A stretch of 64,000 nucleotides of DNA from Corallochytrium limacisporum Hawaii (taxonomy: Eukaryota; Protista; Pluriformea), in assembly GCA_002811645.1 (NCBI GenBank), contig PDIP01000112.1:1-64000 (forward strand), given 5' to 3'. The position numbers and the translations under genes are program-made. The notes below the pieces were generated by a model. The model saw only the letters and a list, made by a program, of their open reading frames with translations, was not told the DNA's origin and did not search any database. Shown here piece by piece: positions 44,631-56,170 of this stretch. The number at the start of each line of letters is the position of its first letter. Within the stretch, counting starts at the first letter, position 1.

Positions 44631-45494
44631 ATGTCTGCTGCCGCCGTCGATTACACCTGGGCCCAGACCCAGTACCAGGCCATGCGCGACTACTTCAACG
44701 ATGACTCTGCGATGTTTAGCATTGTGTTGGTTGCGATTATTCACAGCCTGGTGTGGGGCTATGGACTGCTTAACTTGTACATGATTCACAACAAGTGGAT
44801 GTGGCAGTACCGCATTCAGGGTGAGAAGCTTCCCAAGTGGGAACTCATCCGAGACGCGATGATCCACTCAGCCATCAGCCACTCACTGGCTGCCCCGGTC
44901 TTCAGCTACATCCTGTTCCCCCTGTACGCCCATGAGGACAATTACGATGTCCGCTTCTCCGCTGAGGCCATGCCTTCTCTGTTCACCATGTTCTGGCAGG
45001 TTTGGGTCTTCATCTTCATTGAGGACACCCTCTTCTACTGGGGCCACCGTTGGTTCCACAGCCACCCAACTATCTACAAGATCATGCACAAGACTCACCA
45101 CAAGTTCCACATTCCTTGCTCCATCGGTGCTGAGTACGCCACCCCTTGGGAGAACCTTTTCGCCAACGTTGCACCTATGTATGTTGGACCCATGTTTATC
45201 CCGTCACACTTTGTGACTCTCATGGTCTGGAACGCTGTGCGTCTCGGAAAGGCCATGGATGCTCACTCTGGCTATTCCTTCCCCTGGTCTCCTTCCCAGT
45301 GGGCTCCCGGCATCTTCAACACTGTCAATCGTCACGACTACCACCACAGTCAGAACAAGGGTTGCTTCGCCTCCTTCCTGACCTTCTGGGATCGTTTGTG
45401 CGGCACTGATGAGACCTACCGCCAATGGAGTAATCGCAAGGCCCTGGAGGCTAAGGCTAAGGCCAAGGCCAAAGCCATTGAGAAGGAAGACTAG
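44631..45494 (+). CDS. Sterol desaturase family, C-4 methylsterol oxidase-like (ERG25/MSMO1)
   Basis: EDTLFYWGHRWFH, HKTHH, AEYATPWE, DAHSGYSFPW, HDYHH. Confidence 0.9.
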   Translation: MSAAAVDYTWAQTQYQAMRDYFNDDSAMFSIVLVAIIHSLVWGYGLLNLYMIHNKWMWQYRIQGEKLPKWELIRDAMIHSAISHSLAAPVFSYILFPLYAHEDNYDVRFSAEAMPSLFTMFWQVWVFIFIEDTLFYWGHRWFHSHPTIYKIMHKTHHKFHIPCSIGAEYATPWENLFANVAPMYVGPMFIPSHFVTLMVWNAVRLGKAMDAHSGYSFPWSPSQWAPGIFNTVNRHDYHHSQNKGCFASFLTFWDRLCGTDETYRQWSNRKALEAKAKAKAKAIEKED

Positions 45495-47002
45495 ATCCAA
45501 CACATAGTTATCCACATTCTGTTGAGAATGCTGGTACGTTCTCATGTAGCAAACTCACACCCATAGCAGTGTACCAATGATCCTTTTCACCGCATCGGCG
45601 TAGTCCTTTCAAACAATTCACTATTCTAAACACCGTTCGTCATTATTGTTAATCATCATTAAAGAAAGCAGAGTGATCTGTTTCTACACATAACTTTAAC
45701 AGTGTCTGAAGATTTGTATTTGACCTGACGCAGCCAATAGTCCGTCTTCCCTATATCTGCATGTGGCATCACCCTAACAAAGGACAAGCCGGTCAGTGTC
45801 GCTCAGCACATCTACTGTGCTAAGTGTGATTACGTAAGAGCCAAGGGGACCCAGTGAGCGGTTCACGCTGCATCGTTATAGGGGGAGAGCACCTACGTAT
45901 TCCATCCCAACCGGAAACACACTTGATTTATAATCAACAAATCAAACTCCTGAACTTAGTTTATGATATATGTATACTGACTATTATGAAATTTCAAAGA
46001 CTTTATTGGGATCCCCATTCCGGGAAGGAACCAGAAAAGGGCAGAAGGGCGGGGACGACGTGAGGAGGCCAACGAAGGTGGTCCTCAGAGCTCGGGAGGG
46101 CGATTTTTGGGTGGCAAGCACGGGACAAGGAGCGACAGGGTCCGAATCGGATTGTCAAAATTATGAGTTGTTTCACTATTCCAGCCGTATCCCAGGAAAA
46201 TTTTCTTCCCTGAATGAGGGTCAAGTAATGAAAAAAAGTGTGACACATTAAGGACAGGAATTAATGGGACTCCAAACTCTTTTACAGTCCCGTCGAATTT
46301 CAATCATACATTTGCTACCAACCGGGCGGAGCTTTTTTTTCACTGCTCTTCCCTACCAGCGGCCACCGCATAGCCCTGCCCTTCACAGTTCTAGCCTAGC
46401 CTGCCCTCACCCACCCACCCCTGGCCCGGTCCCCTCCCGGGAAGGGGAGGTTCTTGCGGCTCATCCGTGTTTCTCTCGGTATAAGGCCCGGACCGGGCTG
46501 CGCGTGGTGAGGCTGGGGCAAGGGCTTTTTTCCCGGCCCGCTCCCCTTTCCCTTAGACTCCGCTGTGGTTCGGAGGGTGGGTAGGGAGACACCGCTACTG
46601 CCTTCTGCGGCGCTTCGGCGGCTGAGGTCTCAAGACCAGGAACTCGTGATCATCGTTTCGTCCTGAGTGCTTTGCTGGAGATTCGGGGACGGTGGCCGTT
46701 AGTTCTCCAAAAGACTAAAGTGATCGGCGCAAAGCATTTGAAAAAAAGGGACGCATATTCTGCGCTCTGGTATGCGTAATTGACTAGTAGGAACCGGCTT
46801 CAAATGAGACTTGTCATACGGATTGATCAGCAAAAGGTATATCCGAATCCAGGCTTGTTGATGGAGTGAGATTCAAGATCAATTACGCCTGATATTTCGA
46901 AATGGAAAAAACGCAGATACTTCTATTGCCTGACAGTAGAGAACTAGTGACAATATGGTAGGATAAAAGGGATCGGCCTGAAACAGGGCGTCAGTAGCCG
47001 AT

Positions 47003-50000
47003 ATGACTGAGAAAGTAGAGCGACCGGACTTCTCCGAATGGGAGAGCCCGGTAGAAGGCGTCCGGGACGCCCCGGTGTTCCACCCGACACCCGAAGAGTT
47101 TGACGGTGGGGCTCTTGCATACATTGAGAAGATTAAACCGATTGTAGAACAGTACGGCATTTGCAAGATTATTCCACCTGCCGGTTGGAAACCGCCTTTC
47201 CAGATGCCTCGGACTCAGTTCGAATTCATGACGCGGCAGCAGACATTGTGGGAGATGGGTGCTAAGAATCGAGTGGCCATGAACTTTATTGAACGGTTGC
47301 ATGAGTTCCACGAGCTTCGGGGGACCCCGATCCGCGGCGACGGAGTATGGGTTAGGGGGGAACCGTTGAACTTTTACAAACTCCGAGAAATTGTTGTAGA
47401 AGGCGAAGGTGGCGAGGACGTTGTCACGGAACAGAAACGCTGGACTGAAGTTGGACGGCGCCTTTTTGGAGATATGATGGTGGGAAACGAACCGAGTTTA
47501 GGTGCTATTGTACGTAAGCACTACGAACGGTACATTTCGCCGTACGAAGCAATGGTCGGCGGGAAGACGGAGGATGAGGAGCAACAAAAGAAACGCCATA
47601 CACGAGCCCAGGAACGCCGCATGGCAGACGTTAACGATCCCAATTTCGACGGATGTCAGATTTGTAGTGAGCTGGACAACCCAGAGACCATCTTGCTGTG
47701 TGATAAATGTGATAAGGGATTCCACATGGCGTGCGTGGACCCTCCATTGACCCGGGTCCCAAAGGGGGACTGGTTCTGTCCAGGGTGCATCAAAAAGGAC
47801 TTCAGCAAGACACCTGTAGCATATGGTTTTGAACCGGGCACAAAGTACACAATCAGAGATTTTCAGGTCCATGCCGATAAACAGAAGAAAGAAATTTTGG
47901 CGCTCTTTGGTGTGCCCCGCAACGAAGCACTTGATATCAGCTGCGAGGATATGGAAAAAGTCTTCTGGAAAGCTGTACAGGATGACACCTACGACGTTAC
48001 CGTTGAGTATGGTGCGGACATTCATTGCTCTCTGTATGGTAGTGGCATGCCCATGCAGCATCGGAAGAAACCAAAGTGGTACCCGCACTCCCAGGAACGG
48101 TGGGAGGAACGATGTGAACGAGAACGGAAGCTTGTGGCGTACACTGAGCTCTTTGCAGCCAACGGAAAACCGCGGGGGGGATCACAGGAAAATGTAAGCA
48201 GTGGCACTAATCTGAACAATGGGGGCACAAACACATTGGACCTGAAGGTACCAATTGAACAATGGTTGGGTCAAAGCAACGCCAAGCAAGAAGATGATTT
48301 ACACATGGACACGTCGATATTGCCGGATGCAGGCATTGTACCTGAGGGGTTCGTGGAGCCGTGTTCCTACGTCAATCATCCCTTCAATGTAAATAACATA
48401 GCTGTCCTGCGTGACAGCCTGATCCGCTACGTTGGCCACGACATTTCCGGGATGACCATTCCCTGGTTGTATTGCGGTATGGGATTTTCCTCGTTTTGCT
48501 GGCACAACGAGGATCACTACTCCTACTCCATCAATTACAACCACATGGGATCCCCGAAGACGTGGTATGGCATTCCAGGACCGGCAGCAGAGCAGTTTGA
48601 GGACGCCCTCAGATCACTAGCACCCGAACTTTTCCGAGATCATCCTGACCTGCTGCAGCACTTGGTGACCTTAGCTTCACCGAAAGAACTGATTGCGCAG
48701 GGAGTGCCGATTTGCCGGACAGACCAGCACGAGGGTGAGATTGTTTTGACGTTCCCTGCATCTTACCACGCGGGCTTCAACCAGGGCTTCAACGTTGCTG
48801 AGGCATCAAACTTTACGCCCGCTGACTGGCTTCCTTGGGGACGTAAAAGTGTGAAGAGCTATCGCAGTCTGCACCGTCCGGCTGTGTTCAGCCATGATCA
48901 GCTGGTCCTCTCTGTGGTGGCCCGCATGCTAACAGAACATCGCAAACACAGTCTTATCAAGCAAGAAGTATCGGATGATGGAGTGCCGCAGCTGGACTAC
49001 TACCATGCTGCATCACCGAAGATCACAGACGCACCTCGTGATCTGAATGCCTTTGACTACCGCATGGCCACGTTCCTCCACGAAGACATGACGGAAATGA
49101 TTAAGGAAATGACAGAAGACTATCAGCACTTGCACAGCCTAAGAGGTATTGACATGCGGGAGGACGGTGACGTGCTCAGCCTACATGTTGATGATCGGAC
49201 TTGCAAGATTTGCAAAGGTATTACTTATACCACCTTAGGCATTCGGTCCAAGCCTCGGAAAAGGAAGGACGAAAACAATGAAGAGGACCACAGCGACGAG
49301 GAGGCTGATGACGCCAGGATCGATTCCGATGACGAGGATTATCCCATAATGGTCAGAGGGGGTATGCGCTCTGTCCAGAGGCTGAAGCGTGCACCATCGG
49401 CAGCAAAGTCTGAGAACAGTCTCGCTGATCTGAAGCCAATGATTGAGGAGGAGAAACTGCAGGACATGCTTCTGCGGGAAGATTGCCAAACATTATGTCT
49501 TCCATGCATCATTCAAGTCAAGGAGGCTGAGCATGCCAGCAACGAGGAGCCCGTCCCGATAATCTTCTTCGAGGGCATAGAGATCGACAAGATCCGTCGC
49601 ATGCATAGCGCACTGAAGCACTGCATGACTGAAGTGAAGCAGTTGCATGATAGCACATGTCGTGGTCTAGGTCTGCAGGTCCTTCCAGATTCTGATGGTC
49701 AAATTCTTTCAACAAAGCAGATGACTGCTCTCCATTGGGACGACGTAACATCATTCTGCAAACTGTTGCCGAAGGAGTGGTTGTTGCCTAGGTACGTTGC
49801 TCAGGGCCGGACAATCCTGCGGACATGGATTGGGGAAGCTAAGAAGGTGCTTGGCAAGCAACAATGGAACAATACCCGGGAATTTAAGAGGGCCTTGGAC
49901 AATGTCTTTAGTCATCTGGAGAAAATTTCGCCCATTAAGATTCCCCGTTTCAATCACTTGGCGAGCCTATCGGTTGACCTCACGGATCCTTTGCCCAAAT

Positions 50001-52204
50001 ATGCATTCGAACTCGCAAACCACGTGTCAGCATTAGAAGAATCTGCAAGAGTGTTGGAGAACATTGAGATCACCACAAAATTCTGGGACGATCTGCGCCG
50101 TCCGTGGAATGACAAAGCAGTCACAGAGGTGGTGGATGCCATCCGTGACACCCTGAGGGAGCTCGAGCCCTTCACTTTTCAAGAAGAGCGAGAAGCCCTT
50201 CGCACTCTTGAACAGAACAATCGGCTGCGTCGCGTTGTTGATGACATTGGTCTCATGGAGGGCTGTGAGGATATCCTCGGCGGCGACGAACCGATTGAAG
50301 TCAGCGGATGGGACACCAAGGCACCCCATGTCGTGATCTCTCTGCATCAGCAGCTCCTTGACCTTCTCGGCCCTCGTCATGTGGTAGTTCAGCGCTTGAC
50401 ACACTGTCTCGCTGTCATGCAGAGTTGGATCACCGAGTACGAGCGCATCTTGGATATTGAGGGCAGTAACCTACTGGCCAAGACCGACTTGAAGGGTCAG
50501 ACGCTCCGCGACACAGATGACAAGTGTGAGGCCATGCAGCAGGGAGAATCCGAAGATGATCTGGAGTACGCAATGCGTGTCTATCAGGCCGCTGACATCC
50601 CAGACCATCCTGACCTCCATTTTATCAATTTGGCAGCCGAGAAACGCAAACTTGACCGCCGGATCACAGATCTTAAGGTCCAGTACGAGTCTGTGGAAAA
50701 ATTGCTGAAGCCGAAGGGTCGCTGGGATCTGGAGCTACAGCTGAATCTCCTCCGCGAACTGCCACCTCACTCAAGTGCAGCACGGCACATGGTACGGACC
50801 ATTGGGCCCGTGGCCGAAGGGCTGTTGCATATTAAGACCATGTTCTTTGGCAATACCGCTGAGGATGAGGACATAGACTACGACCCCAAGCCAGCGGGCA
50901 CTAATCCCGGGACCAAAGTCCGTGGACGCAGAGCTTCGCACCGGGGTAGCTCAAAAAGGCGAAAGACCAGCAGTAGCGGGAATGCGGTAGCTACTGAGTC
51001 TACCGAGGACGCAAACGAGCCAAAGGCGCAGCCAGAGATGCTGCGTTGGCAGTCCCTGATCAAACGTGCTGCATCGCTCATGTCGCACTCTACAAAGCCT
51101 GTCAAGCAGCTTCTGGCCTGGATTGAACCGCTGAAGGCGGACTGGATCCGGAAGGAGCAGGCCAGGAATGAAAAGCGCGGTGAAGAGACCAACCGCTACT
51201 GTTACTGCGACCGTGAGCACAAAGAAGGCGTTGCATCTGTGCAATGTGTGCAGTGCCACTGCTGGCTTCACGCGCGATGCACTGGTCTCCGCAGTGTCGA
51301 AGATCTCGACCCCGAGGACTTCTTTGTTTGTCGCCACTGCACACGGACTCAGAGGCCCGCCTACGAGGCCCTGCGAGCTGAGGTGGAACGTTTGAATGAC
51401 CTCAGCGGAAATGGTGCCGGCATGACATCTGCTTTCTACGACCGTGTTGTGGATTTGCTCGAGGATTGCGAGGACTGGCGCGAACAGGCCAAAGAGGCCC
51501 TGACCGAGCACAGCCCTCACAACGATCCCAAGACATGCGGTTGCGTGGAACAGACCATCGAACCTCTGCTCACTGCAGCGAGTGGACTGGAGGTGAAGCT
51601 TCCAGAAACGAAGGATCTGCTTGCTGTCCTGGAAGAACAAGAAGCGGAAGACGAGGAAGAAGAGCTGGACGACGACAATGATGCGCAGGAGGATGTGATT
51701 ATCCAGACCAATGGCCTCGTGAGTCGTGCAAGCACCACCGCCAGCGACACGCCTCGCGACATATGTAATGGTTGTAACCGTGAGGAACCGCCTAAGTCGA
51801 AAGTGACAAAGAAAATCCTTTGGACCGCCTGTGCGCAGCCGACCTGCGGGGCGTGGTACCACAATGTCTGCCTAACCGACCACGGGCACATTACAGCAAC
51901 CAAGGAGTTCTACTGTACAGACTGCTGGCGGGTCATGCAACAGCTACACGTAAGTAACACGACTCGCCAACAAATGGATGACATAATGATGATTGCTAGC
52001 GATGAACCGGCACTGCCGTCTGCCTCCTTGTCACGTCCCGCAGCGGCACGATCTGCTCTGCGTGCGGAACGGATGGAATCGGAACCGGATGAGAAACCTG
52101 ACGGTGACCGAGAAGCAGCAGTGGAGGCAGGGCGCCCGTTGTCCACCGCTGCAAGAGCCTCCAATGCTGCCGCTGCCGTGCTGTCCTCTCTGTTCTTTCG
52201 GTGA
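47003..52204 (+). CDS. KDM5: Histone H3K4 demethylase of the KDM5/JARID1 family
   Basis: JmjN (APVFHPTPEEF..GICKIIPP), ARID, PHD1, JmjC (FCWHNEDH..YHAGFNQGFN), C5HC2-like, PLU-1-like region and two further PHD fingers; a single 1733-codon ORF. Confidence 0.95.
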   Translation: MTEKVERPDFSEWESPVEGVRDAPVFHPTPEEFDGGALAYIEKIKPIVEQYGICKIIPPAGWKPPFQMPRTQFEFMTRQQTLWEMGAKNRVAMNFIERLHEFHELRGTPIRGDGVWVRGEPLNFYKLREIVVEGEGGEDVVTEQKRWTEVGRRLFGDMMVGNEPSLGAIVRKHYERYISPYEAMVGGKTEDEEQQKKRHTRAQERRMADVNDPNFDGCQICSELDNPETILLCDKCDKGFHMACVDPPLTRVPKGDWFCPGCIKKDFSKTPVAYGFEPGTKYTIRDFQVHADKQKKEILALFGVPRNEALDISCEDMEKVFWKAVQDDTYDVTVEYGADIHCSLYGSGMPMQHRKKPKWYPHSQERWEERCERERKLVAYTELFAANGKPRGGSQENVSSGTNLNNGGTNTLDLKVPIEQWLGQSNAKQEDDLHMDTSILPDAGIVPEGFVEPCSYVNHPFNVNNIAVLRDSLIRYVGHDISGMTIPWLYCGMGFSSFCWHNEDHYSYSINYNHMGSPKTWYGIPGPAAEQFEDALRSLAPELFRDHPDLLQHLVTLASPKELIAQGVPICRTDQHEGEIVLTFPASYHAGFNQGFNVAEASNFTPADWLPWGRKSVKSYRSLHRPAVFSHDQLVLSVVARMLTEHRKHSLIKQEVSDDGVPQLDYYHAASPKITDAPRDLNAFDYRMATFLHEDMTEMIKEMTEDYQHLHSLRGIDMREDGDVLSLHVDDRTCKICKGITYTTLGIRSKPRKRKDENNEEDHSDEEADDARIDSDDEDYPIMVRGGMRSVQRLKRAPSAAKSENSLADLKPMIEEEKLQDMLLREDCQTLCLPCIIQVKEAEHASNEEPVPIIFFEGIEIDKIRRMHSALKHCMTEVKQLHDSTCRGLGLQVLPDSDGQILSTKQMTALHWDDVTSFCKLLPKEWLLPRYVAQGRTILRTWIGEAKKVLGKQQWNNTREFKRALDNVFSHLEKISPIKIPRFNHLASLSVDLTDPLPKYAFELANHVSALEESARVLENIEITTKFWDDLRRPWNDKAVTEVVDAIRDTLRELEPFTFQEEREALRTLEQNNRLRRVVDDIGLMEGCEDILGGDEPIEVSGWDTKAPHVVISLHQQLLDLLGPRHVVVQRLTHCLAVMQSWITEYERILDIEGSNLLAKTDLKGQTLRDTDDKCEAMQQGESEDDLEYAMRVYQAADIPDHPDLHFINLAAEKRKLDRRITDLKVQYESVEKLLKPKGRWDLELQLNLLRELPPHSSAARHMVRTIGPVAEGLLHIKTMFFGNTAEDEDIDYDPKPAGTNPGTKVRGRRASHRGSSKRRKTSSSGNAVATESTEDANEPKAQPEMLRWQSLIKRAASLMSHSTKPVKQLLAWIEPLKADWIRKEQARNEKRGEETNRYCYCDREHKEGVASVQCVQCHCWLHARCTGLRSVEDLDPEDFFVCRHCTRTQRPAYEALRAEVERLNDLSGNGAGMTSAFYDRVVDLLEDCEDWREQAKEALTEHSPHNDPKTCGCVEQTIEPLLTAASGLEVKLPETKDLLAVLEEQEAEDEEEELDDDNDAQEDVIIQTNGLVSRASTTASDTPRDICNGCNREEPPKSKVTKKILWTACAQPTCGAWYHNVCLTDHGHITATKEFYCTDCWRVMQQLHVSNTTRQQMDDIMMIASDEPALPSASLSRPAAARSALRAERMESEPDEKPDGDREAAVEAGRPLSTAARASNAAAAVLSSLFFR

Positions 52205-52332
52205 TTCAGCCGTCCCCATGAATGGGTGAGAAATATTTATGATAGAGATGAATAAGTATTACACATGTGTTTTCGTTGGATGAAATATGTTTCGATTCTA
52301 TTATGCCTTTTTTCGTTACTGACTTGGACGAA

Positions 52333-52725
52333 CTATTTCTCCAGGGAATCCTCTGGCAGACGCATATCGGGAATACCACTTCGTACGCGGAACTCCAGAC
52401 CACAACCAGGGCAGACCAGTTCACCCTCTACCATTTCGACTTCCATGAGCAGGTGGTGCAGGGTCTGTTGTTCCGATGCATTTAGCTGCCCAAATTCGTC
52501 CGGGGCCGTCGCCGGCAAGTCACCCTCGATCCCCAGGGCTTCCTTGGCGTGAAGTAATCCGGTCCAATCGATACGGTGAAACATGCGCTCCAGGAATTCG
52601 GGGTTGAAGTCCCGTTCGCTCTCCTGTTTTGCGTCACGGGATGTACTGACCTTGATTTGCAGAGGGTACCCCTGTTTGCAACCCTTGACATGGCACTGCA
52701 GCATGTTGTGTGTGATGACCCGCAT
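52333..52725 (-). CDS. TRM112: Methyltransferase activator Trm112 (130 aa)
   Basis: MRVITHNMLQCHVKGC..GYPL, FNPEFL, HHLLMEVE..EGELVCP.CG..F.V..GIPDM; ATG at 52725. Confidence 0.93.
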   Translation of the reverse strand: MRVITHNMLQCHVKGCKQGYPLQIKVSTSRDAKQESERDFNPEFLERMFHRIDWTGLLHAKEALGIEGDLPATAPDEFGQLNASEQQTLHHLLMEVEMVEGELVCPGCGLEFRVRSGIPDMRLPEDSLEK

Positions 52726-54281
52726 GGTGGCACGATTTCTTTCCGCGTTTGGGGCTATTTCTCTTCCCGGTGAATGTTCAGAAAAACTACGCAACCGTGG
52801 TTTCGATTCTCTCAGGTGTTATACTTGTACACTTGGCTTTTTCGAACACCTTTCACAGGTTTGACATCTCTCACTCTCTCTCTCTCTCTCTGTGAGCATA
52901 CAGCACTCCTCGTTTTGAGACCATTACTACCTCGAATACCCGGATCAAATTCGTCTTTCTTGTCGTGTGATGCTGAAAATATGCTTAAAATTTTCAATGG
53001 CGCACAATACTCAACACCATTTCGTGTGTAATTCAGCGTATACACCACACTCTCTCTCTCGCTCTCATTGCCGTGGCTGCAACGGCCCCTGGCCGCACCA
53101 TACGGCACCCCCTTGGGCAGCCACACACTCGCACCCACACGCACTGGCCCACGCACCCGCAAGCTGCCCTCCCGGCACTTACACCCCTCTCCTCCCCCCC
53201 NNNNNNNNNNNNNNNNNNNNNNNNNNNNNNNNNNNNNNNNNNNNNNNNNNNNNNNNNNNNNNNNNNNNNNNNNNNNNNNNNNNNNNNNNNNNNNNNNNNN
53301 NNNNNNNNNNNNNNNNNNNNNNNNNNNNNNNNNNNNNNNNNNNNNNNNNNNNNNNNNNNNNNNNNNNNNNNNNNNNNNNNNNNNNNNNNNNNNNNNNNNN
53401 NNNNNNNNNNNNNNNNNNNNNNNNNNNNNNNNNNNNNNNNNNNNNNNNNNNNNNNNGGGGGAAGGGGGATTGAGAAGGGACCCACTCTTCCAGGGTGGGC
53501 CTCCTCGAAGGGCCTGTGTGGCCCGAACCCGTCCTCTTGCTGCAGTGGCTAGGCCCGAGAGTGATTTCTGATCAAGCACGGTCGTGTATCACCATGTTGG
53601 ATGTTTCGTGTGCTTTCATGGAAATGGCAATAGCGACCAATCTGCAGTTGTCCTGGACGAGGATTTGATGATCTAGTGGGGTCTCCGTACCACGTACCTC
53701 AATCACTTCATACGGAGTGACGGGCGTTATTTCAGCTTTTGCAACTGTGTGTCGGTGGGATCAACTCCGCCAACTTGGCTTGAATCTGCTGATTCCCTTG
53801 ATACAGTAACTCGCGGGGTTATCACCCAAAGAGAACAAGGTGCACTTCACTTGATGGCACCACCATCGGCCTTGGTAGATTTAGAACTGTCCCTCCCACC
53901 TTCCTTCCCCCCGCAGGGGAATTCGTACAAACTCAACTGTTTTGCTGATGTGGACGACAACTAACGAAATTGGTGTGGTGGCTAAATTTGTCACCACCTT
54001 GTAGGACGATGATTGCGGCCGCAATGTGTCAACATCACACGACTGGACTCGTACACACGCAAAGAAACAAGAGTTGTCTCATGTTATGGGATCGCTCAAA
54101 GATAACCCAGATTTGCTTCTGTTGCATTTACTCGGTATTATGTAGCTAGATCCTTTTCTCAGGGCGTGGATCATAGAGGGTACTTTAAATAATCATCGAC
54201 TCTGTACGATACTGTACCAAAAGTTTTCATTTGTGGTTCAAGTGAACTCTTCGACACGTTCCCTTTGCCTGATCATAGACC

Positions 54282-55232
54282 ATGGGTTCCTACCCGTACG
54301 AGTTCGCTCTTGAGTACTATCGTCGTGCTCGAGGGCTCGTCTTTGGTGATCCCCGTGACCACTTGGACAGCACTGATTCCCACTGGAAGCCTAAGAATGC
54401 GTCCGCCATCGTGACTGGAGGCAACGTGGGCCTCGGCAAGGAGACTGTGGAGTATCTCGCTGCTCTGGGTTGGGATGTAACACTTGCGTGCCGCACCGTG
54501 TCCAAGGGTGAGGATGCGAAGAAGGACATTCAAAGCCGTGTACAGACTGCCAAAATCACTGTTGAAGAGCTCGATCTCGAGTCATTCCGCAGCGTGCAGG
54601 ACTTTGCCAAGCGCTACAAGGATTCTAAGAAGCCTTTGCATGTTCTCTGCAACAATGCCGGTCGATGGGTCTCCGAACGCTCAAAGACCGGTGACGGCAT
54701 TGAGACTACGATTCAAACGAACCATCTGAGTCCGATGCTGTTGACTCTCCTGCTTCTGCCTGTGTTGAAGTCCACGGAAGGTGCCAGGGTGGTGAACATT
54801 GCCTCCAGGGGCCACTACATATCTGATTGGCGAACTGACGATCCAGAATGCGAGAAGGTGGACCCTTATGAAGGTCGTATTACCTACGGTCACTCCAAGA
54901 TGGCGAACGTTCTCTTCACCAAGAGGTTCGTGAAAGAATACCCGGAGATATACTCTTTTGCGGTGCACCCGGGCCTGGTGCACACACAGTTCACTCGGTT
55001 CGTCCCCTCCTATTCCGGAGTCACGGATGGGCTCCTGTGGCTGGTCGCGAAATCAGCGGCTGTTGGTGCCCACACGCAGCAATACCTGAGCACGGCGCCG
55101 ATCGACAAGCTCGTCAACGGTGAATACTACGGCGACTGTGAAATCCTGGTGACCTCTTCAGGTGTTAATGAAAAGGCCGCTGACGCTTGCTGGGACTGGT
55201 CCATGGATAAGATCACGAAGTATCTAAAGTAA
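54282..55232 (+). CDS. Short-chain dehydrogenase/reductase (retinol dehydrogenase/WWOX-like)
   Basis: TGGNVGLG, NNAG, YGHSK (YxxxK), VHPGLV. Confidence 0.92.
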   Translation: MGSYPYEFALEYYRRARGLVFGDPRDHLDSTDSHWKPKNASAIVTGGNVGLGKETVEYLAALGWDVTLACRTVSKGEDAKKDIQSRVQTAKITVEELDLESFRSVQDFAKRYKDSKKPLHVLCNNAGRWVSERSKTGDGIETTIQTNHLSPMLLTLLLLPVLKSTEGARVVNIASRGHYISDWRTDDPECEKVDPYEGRITYGHSKMANVLFTKRFVKEYPEIYSFAVHPGLVHTQFTRFVPSYSGVTDGLLWLVAKSAAVGAHTQQYLSTAPIDKLVNGEYYGDCEILVTSSGVNEKAADACWDWSMDKITKYLK

Positions 55233-56170
55233 GGGAACGATCCCTAACTTCTCGCATCATAAAGCCATCATCAGTTACTGGCCAGATACAAACGTGAGAT
55301 TTCCACACACAGACGGTTCTATACGTACAATACAGATACCATGCACAACCAACAGCTACAAACACTAGAGCTCCTCCTCCTGCGTCATCGCGATCGTTGA
55401 CACTGTGGTCCCGTGCTCTCTCTCCCGTCCACCCACCCTGTCCACATCCTCACCCTCTCTTCTCCCGCTTACCCGGACCGCGCTCTTAGCAGACCCGGAG
55501 GGACCCGCAAGAATCATCTCCAACTCCCCTCCCTTTTTTCTTCCCTTGCCTCCCGCAGTGCGGTGCGATGGCGGGCTAGTTCGTCACTCACCCGCCGTGC
55601 CCTTGGGAGGGGGGGGGGGGGGGGACGCCTAATCCCCTCCTCCCCTCCCGGGGGNNNNNNNNNNNNNNNNNNNNNNNNNNNNNNNNNNNNNNNNNNNNNN
55701 NNNNNNNNNNNNNNNNNNNNNNGGGGGGGGGGAGGGACGCCTAATCCCCTCCTCCCCTCCCGGGGGTTCCCCGATGAGTGCGAGGTTGGGCCCCTACACC
55801 TACTACCCCACCTCACCCTACCCACGGGCCTCCCCGCCCCGCCCCCCTCCGGTTGGTTCGCAAGCGGCAGGCGCACTTGCCGCAGTGTGGCTTTTTGGTG
55901 GGTAGGAAGTGGTTAGTCACCGCAGCCACGGTATTTCATTGGTACATGGGAGCTAATTTAAGTACAGAGCCATCCACTAAAATGAGTTTTATAGAGAAAT
56001 AAGTTAGCTTCATGTAGTAGATCGCTTTTCAAACTATGTGACCAATGAACTCAAACAAGCCGAATTTGTACACTAAACTGGTTTTGTGAACGCAACGGGA
56101 TGTTACGGAATACAGGTCTTCCGTTAGGAATTAAGTGCGGTTAGCATAAACTTACACAAAATAAGACATC

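Noticed and set aside
50951-51862. Long antisense ORFs inside KDM5, CLK, the desaturase and the protease
   Set aside because: Shadow frames caused by codon bias of the real genes.
55609-55765. Duplicated G-run-GACGCCTAATCCCCTCCTCCCCTCCCGGGG on both sides of the N gap (55655-55722)
   Set aside because: Most likely overlapping contig ends at a homopolymer, an assembly artefact rather than a real repeat.
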